Below, piece after piece: positions 60,077 to 64,000 of a stretch of DNA of 64,000 nt; within the stretch, counting starts at the first letter, position 1, and the number at the start of each line of letters is the position of its first letter. Made by a program: the position numbers and the translations under genes. This DNA comes from an uncultured Bdellovibrio sp. (GTDB lineage Bacteria; Bdellovibrionota; Bdellovibrionia; Bdellovibrionales; Bdellovibrionaceae), in contig CAWVRN010000001.1 in the NCBI GenBank assembly GCA_963932905.1, forward strand, positions 416,001-480,000, read 5' to 3'. The notes below the pieces were generated by a model, which saw only the letters and a list, made by a program, of their open reading frames with translations, made no database searches and was not told the DNA's origin.

Positions 60077-61694
60077 TTTGATTTTTCAAATATTCGGTAA
60101 TTAAAAATACCGAGACTGAATTGCCACCAAGTGATTCTTTCCCTTGCGAAGTTACCCAAAGGTACTTTCCATCGGGAGAAATCGACAAACCGACCGGATA
60201 AGAATCAACGGGAACGCGACCGAGTACAGATAAGTCGGTTGATTTGGCTATAATAATTTCGCTGCCGTTGTTTGAAGTTAAGAATAGGTAATCAAATTTG
60301 GGATGAACTTTAAAACTGCGAACACCCAAGCCAACGAATTTCTTGTCATATTTAAAATCGGTGCCAGTGATGTCTATTTTTTCACCAACGTGGCCATTAA
60401 ATAAATCAATCATGCTTTTGAAAGGAACTTTCACGATTGTTCCTGAAGAATTGCAGCCAATGAATATGTCTTTGCCGTCTTTAGAAAAATGAATGTCGCG
60501 AGGGCCGGGTTGTAGTCCCATCACTGTGCCCAAGAATTCGAATTTATTCTTTAGATCTTTTTTAAAGATGGAAATTCCGCCACCCTTCATGCGAGTTACA
60601 AACAGGTACTGACTATCGTGGCTGAATGCCAAGCCACGCACGCAAAATCCACAGTCCTTATCACGATTGGCTTTTAAGTTCTTCAAGGACTGCTTTTTTT
60701 CGACAACAAGTAGTTGATGTTCTTTGAATTCTTCCGGTTTACTGGAAGAGATATCATAAACACCGACGGTGTTGTCGCCCCAGTTTGAAATCGCAATCCA
60801 TTTTTGGTCGGGTGACTTTTCAATGTATTTGGAAATAGGTCCCGTTCCCATGATACGAACAATTTTTCGATTTTTAATATCGACAACTGCAACGGCGGAT
60901 GTCAGTTGTCCCAGTTCGTCATAGTTCTTTCGATAGTACGTCGTCCAAAGATATGTATTGTTATGTGTGACGATGCTTTCTACCGGTTTTCCAGTAAAGC
61001 CTTTAGCCATTTTGGTGTCTTGTTTATAGGTAAATGGTGGCTTTTTATCCGCAAGACTTGCTATGGCGTCTTTGTCAAATTGATGCTTAATCACGGCAAC
61101 CTTTTCAGAACCATCACTTTTAAAAAATAATGTTTTTGCGCCTTCCAAAGACTGAACAAAAGCCATGTCGCCGGCATCTGAAAAAGAAACTGATTTCGGC
61201 GAAAATATATCTTGGTCATAGTGATCATTTTTTATTTCAATTTTGTTGTTGTAAGATTGCCAACGATTAATCAGGCTTAATTTCACAGGCGATTCTTCTG
61301 GTAATGATTGGCTAAAAATATCGACATTTTTTCGAAACTGATTTGTTTTTGCACCGCTATTGATGACTCGTAAGTTTTCTTTGGCTGCCGGCATAAATTG
61401 GGGGACTAGTTTGTGGGTTGGATCCAGTTTCAATGTGGTTTCCCAATTGGTGACTACCTTTTGCCATTCGCCCAACTTCCAGTAAGACCAGCCAATTTCG
61501 TAGTGGGCATCCCTGCATTTCGGATCTGCTTTTATTGCTTCGTTGTATAAATCGACCGCCTCTAGTGTGCGATTTCCGGCTTGGGCTGCGTAGCCCCTTT
61601 TTACTTTTTCGTCAGCGACTTTCTCTTCGCATTTTGGAATTTCAGCGGACCATGAAAATAAGGAAAGAAAAAGCAAATTAGCTAGAATGGACAT
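60066..61694 (-). CDS. Secreted TPR plus beta-propeller (YncE/YVTN-like) protein
   Basis: Signal peptide, TPR helices (AHYEIGWSYWKLG), repeated blades (SPDQKWI, FSHDSQYL, FSKDGKDI, ISPDGKYL). Confidence 0.82.
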   Translation of the reverse strand: MSILANLLFLSLFSWSAEIPKCEEKVADEKVKRGYAAQAGNRTLEAVDLYNEAIKADPKCRDAHYEIGWSYWKLGEWQKVVTNWETTLKLDPTHKLVPQFMPAAKENLRVINSGAKTNQFRKNVDIFSQSLPEESPVKLSLINRWQSYNNKIEIKNDHYDQDIFSPKSVSFSDAGDMAFVQSLEGAKTLFFKSDGSEKVAVIKHQFDKDAIASLADKKPPFTYKQDTKMAKGFTGKPVESIVTHNNTYLWTTYYRKNYDELGQLTSAVAVVDIKNRKIVRIMGTGPISKYIEKSPDQKWIAISNWGDNTVGVYDISSSKPEEFKEHQLLVVEKKQSLKNLKANRDKDCGFCVRGLAFSHDSQYLFVTRMKGGGISIFKKDLKNKFEFLGTVMGLQPGPRDIHFSKDGKDIFIGCNSSGTIVKVPFKSMIDLFNGHVGEKIDITGTDFKYDKKFVGLGVRSFKVHPKFDYLFLTSNNGSEIIIAKSTDLSVLGRVPVDSYPVGLSISPDGKYLWVTSQGKESLGGNSVSVFLITEYLKNQIKL

Positions 61695-62368
61695 AGAGTT
61701 TTTTCCGATTCAAATTCAAAAAAACGTTTCCATTTGGACAAGAATAGTTTTTCGTTCGTTTGAAAGTGCTTTTTCGCAAATTCGAGTTGGCGTGATATAT
61801 TTTTGTTCATTCTAGAAATGGCAGACTTGGTATTAGACGGTTGGCGTGGTTGTTTTTCTAGTTTCAAATGTTTTTCTAAAAGTTTCACTTGTTCCGAGAG
61901 CTCTTGAACCATCGAACAATCTAATGTAAACGCGTTGAAATTTTCTTTTTCTTGGATAACGATCTTTTTAAATTTCTCCAGCTGACTGAGCATTAGACCT
62001 TCTTTGCGATGGCTGACGGCGATCCAGTCTAGTGTATCAAATGAGTCGGGGAAAATAGGATAGATCTGCGATCGGTATTCGAACAAAAAAGAACTTTCGT
62101 AGATTTTCTTTTCTTCTTGGTTGCAAGTTAAAACCAAATTCGGATCGGGCTTAGCTAGAATTTTCTGACTTAGATATTCTAAGCGGCGATTCGGGAACTT
62201 ATTTGGTAAAAGCTGTTTGAATTTGGTTTGATAGTTTTGGCTGATTTTTTCCATACTCTGTGATGAAAAATTACACACTAAATTATTACGGACGTAACCG
62301 TTTTCTATCTTTAAAAAATAGCCGGTCGAAAAGATCAAAATTGTTAAGAAAAGAGCTACGCGCATCAC
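61682..62368 (-). CDS. Exported hypothetical protein
   Basis: 228-aa ORF with an N-terminal hydrophobic segment; overlaps the next gene by 13 nt. Confidence 0.6.
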   Translation of the reverse strand: MMRVALFLTILIFSTGYFLKIENGYVRNNLVCNFSSQSMEKISQNYQTKFKQLLPNKFPNRRLEYLSQKILAKPDPNLVLTCNQEEKKIYESSFLFEYRSQIYPIFPDSFDTLDWIAVSHRKEGLMLSQLEKFKKIVIQEKENFNAFTLDCSMVQELSEQVKLLEKHLKLEKQPRQPSNTKSAISRMNKNISRQLEFAKKHFQTNEKLFLSKWKRFFEFESEKTLCPF

Positions 62369-62450
62369 ACCTTAAATTCGGCATTTTTCTATATATAAAA
62401 ACTAGACCTAAGACCAAAGAAAGAAACCGTGTATTTTCCGATAAGTCTGT

Positions 62451-63947
62451 ATGAAATTAAGCTTCAAGGATTTTGCAAGCATTTCTAATCTGTTTGCGGT
62501 GCCTATTCTTATTATTGATCCGGACTCAAAATCCGTTTCCTATTGCAATGAATACTTTGAAGAGTTGACCGGAAAAACAGTCGATCAAGTAAAGGGCGAA
62601 GATGTTTATGATTTATTCGTTCCTCAAAATCGTATAAAAATAGATGCTATTATTGATCTTGCTGTCGGCGACAAGAATTTTGTTCGTATTAGCGAGAAAG
62701 ACCTAGAAATCAAACGCAGATCAGGTCGTAAATGCCCAGTCGATGTTTTTTGTAAAGTCGTTCAGTTAACAAGGGGCAAAGTGGTCGTTTTTTCGTTAAT
62801 TGACCTTTCTGAGGTTAAGGAAAAGCAACAAGAACGTGAATTTTTAATTAATCAAAATTTGCGCTCAGCAAAGTTGGCAGATCTGGGACGTCTCGCTCAA
62901 GGTATCGCACACGAATTAAACAACCCTTTAAGCGTGATTATTGGAAATCTTGAAATGCTAAATCTTGCAAAAGCCAAGCAGGGCGTCACTTTCGAGATGG
63001 TCCAAAAAAGCCTAGCTTCGATGTCTAGGAATTCCAATCGCATGTCTTTGATCGTCAAAAAACTTTTGAATTTTTATAAAACAGAAGACGTTCATTTTAA
63101 AGAGGTCAATACCACCGAAATTATTCGCGAAGTTATCAGTGAAAATGAATATTTCATGAATTTCAATAGAATTAGTCTTTATTTGGACGTGACCGATGTG
63201 AAGATTGTGTGTGATCGTTTGTATATCAAACAAGTTCTAACCAACTTGATGAAAAATGCGATCGCGGCTATCGAAACTCAAAAGACATCTAGGATGATAA
63301 CGGTAAAAGGTGAAGACGTTCTCGGCGAATACATTATTTCTGTGAATAACAATGGCGTTCCGATGTCTGACGAAATTAAAAATAAAATTTTTACACCATT
63401 TTTTACAACTAAAGATGTTGGTGAAGGTGTAGGACTGAGTCTGTATCTATCCGAAAAGATTATGAAGATTCATCATGGCAGTATTTCGTTCGAAAGTAAC
63501 TATAAGTCAGGTACAACATTCTTTTTACATTTCCCGAAAAGCAACGCCAACCTTAGTAGTGAGCCTGAATCCAAAGTCCTGATCGTCAGTCAGGAAGCCA
63601 CGTTCCGGTCGTTCCTTTTTAACAAGTTAGAGCAAGATCAATTTAAAATCATCGAGGCACAAAACCTGTCTGAATCGAAAAACCTATTTCACCATCCCCT
63701 ATCGGCCATCGTGATTGACGGCAGCGATCCTGACCTATTTAAAAATACACTGTTAAATGATCTATTGAGTTTAAGTCCAGCGTTTCCGGTGATTCTGTTC
63801 TATCCGCCAGAATTTGATTTGAAATTGAAATTTTTAAAGACGAAGAATCTTTATTTTTATCCAAAGCCAATCAGAAAAGACGACTACGATGATATGATTC
63901 GGCTTATCCGTAAACGTCAAGGGCAAGGTAATAAAAGAGCGTCTTAG
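62451..63947 (+). CDS. Cytoplasmic PAS histidine kinase with an atypical C-terminal receiver-like domain
   Basis: PAS (YCNEYFEELTG), AHELNNPL, NLMKNA, PFFTTK; C-terminal KVLIV...IVID...YPKP. Confidence 0.88.
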   Translation: MKLSFKDFASISNLFAVPILIIDPDSKSVSYCNEYFEELTGKTVDQVKGEDVYDLFVPQNRIKIDAIIDLAVGDKNFVRISEKDLEIKRRSGRKCPVDVFCKVVQLTRGKVVVFSLIDLSEVKEKQQEREFLINQNLRSAKLADLGRLAQGIAHELNNPLSVIIGNLEMLNLAKAKQGVTFEMVQKSLASMSRNSNRMSLIVKKLLNFYKTEDVHFKEVNTTEIIREVISENEYFMNFNRISLYLDVTDVKIVCDRLYIKQVLTNLMKNAIAAIETQKTSRMITVKGEDVLGEYIISVNNNGVPMSDEIKNKIFTPFFTTKDVGEGVGLSLYLSEKIMKIHHGSISFESNYKSGTTFFLHFPKSNANLSSEPESKVLIVSQEATFRSFLFNKLEQDQFKIIEAQNLSESKNLFHHPLSAIVIDGSDPDLFKNTLLNDLLSLSPAFPVILFYPPEFDLKLKFLKTKNLYFYPKPIRKDDYDDMIRLIRKRQGQGNKRAS

Positions 63948-64000
63948 TTCTTACTTAGAAAATCGTTTACTGTTTTACACGCCAATCTAAATGGATCCAT

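Noticed and set aside
509..63233. Numerous 60-130 aa ORFs overlapping larger genes on the opposite strand or in other frames
   Set aside because: Shadow ORFs of well-supported genes with no motifs or RBS.

Overview
Window from an AT-rich bacterium, most likely a predatory Bdellovibrionota (Bdellovibrionaceae-like). The assignment is inferred from the Tad/Flp pilus locus order (secretin, TadZ-TadA, TadB, YD-repeat protein, small secreted protein, as at the B. bacteriovorus hit locus), the many secreted hypotheticals and the sigma28-type promoters. Contents in order: the end of the Tad locus; an island of three secreted orphans, one a signal-peptide PIN-fold nuclease; PBP1A, UvrA and MsbA; a LysM/beta-barrel gene coupled to an Ig/LamG lipoprotein; PAP2, SDR and MtgA; a NodI/J-like ABC exporter; typA flanked by two covarying 30-bp-arm palindromes; dusB, a nitroreductase and tag; a purine catabolism cluster; aminopeptidase P; the suf operon; a lipoprotein metallopeptidase; and two orphan histidine kinases. 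The main finding is the purine cluster (guaD-xdhABC-uraH plus convergent puuD). It ends in a ~1550-aa four-domain fusion: malate synthase, OHCU decarboxylase, beta-lactamase-fold serine hydrolase and allantoicase. No allantoinase or ureidoglycolate lyase is present in the window, and the serine hydrolase sits exactly between the enzymes that make allantoin and consume allantoate, so it is a candidate new allantoinase. All calls come from reading motifs by eye; no database searches were run. No rRNA, tRNA, CRISPR array or transposase was recognised.
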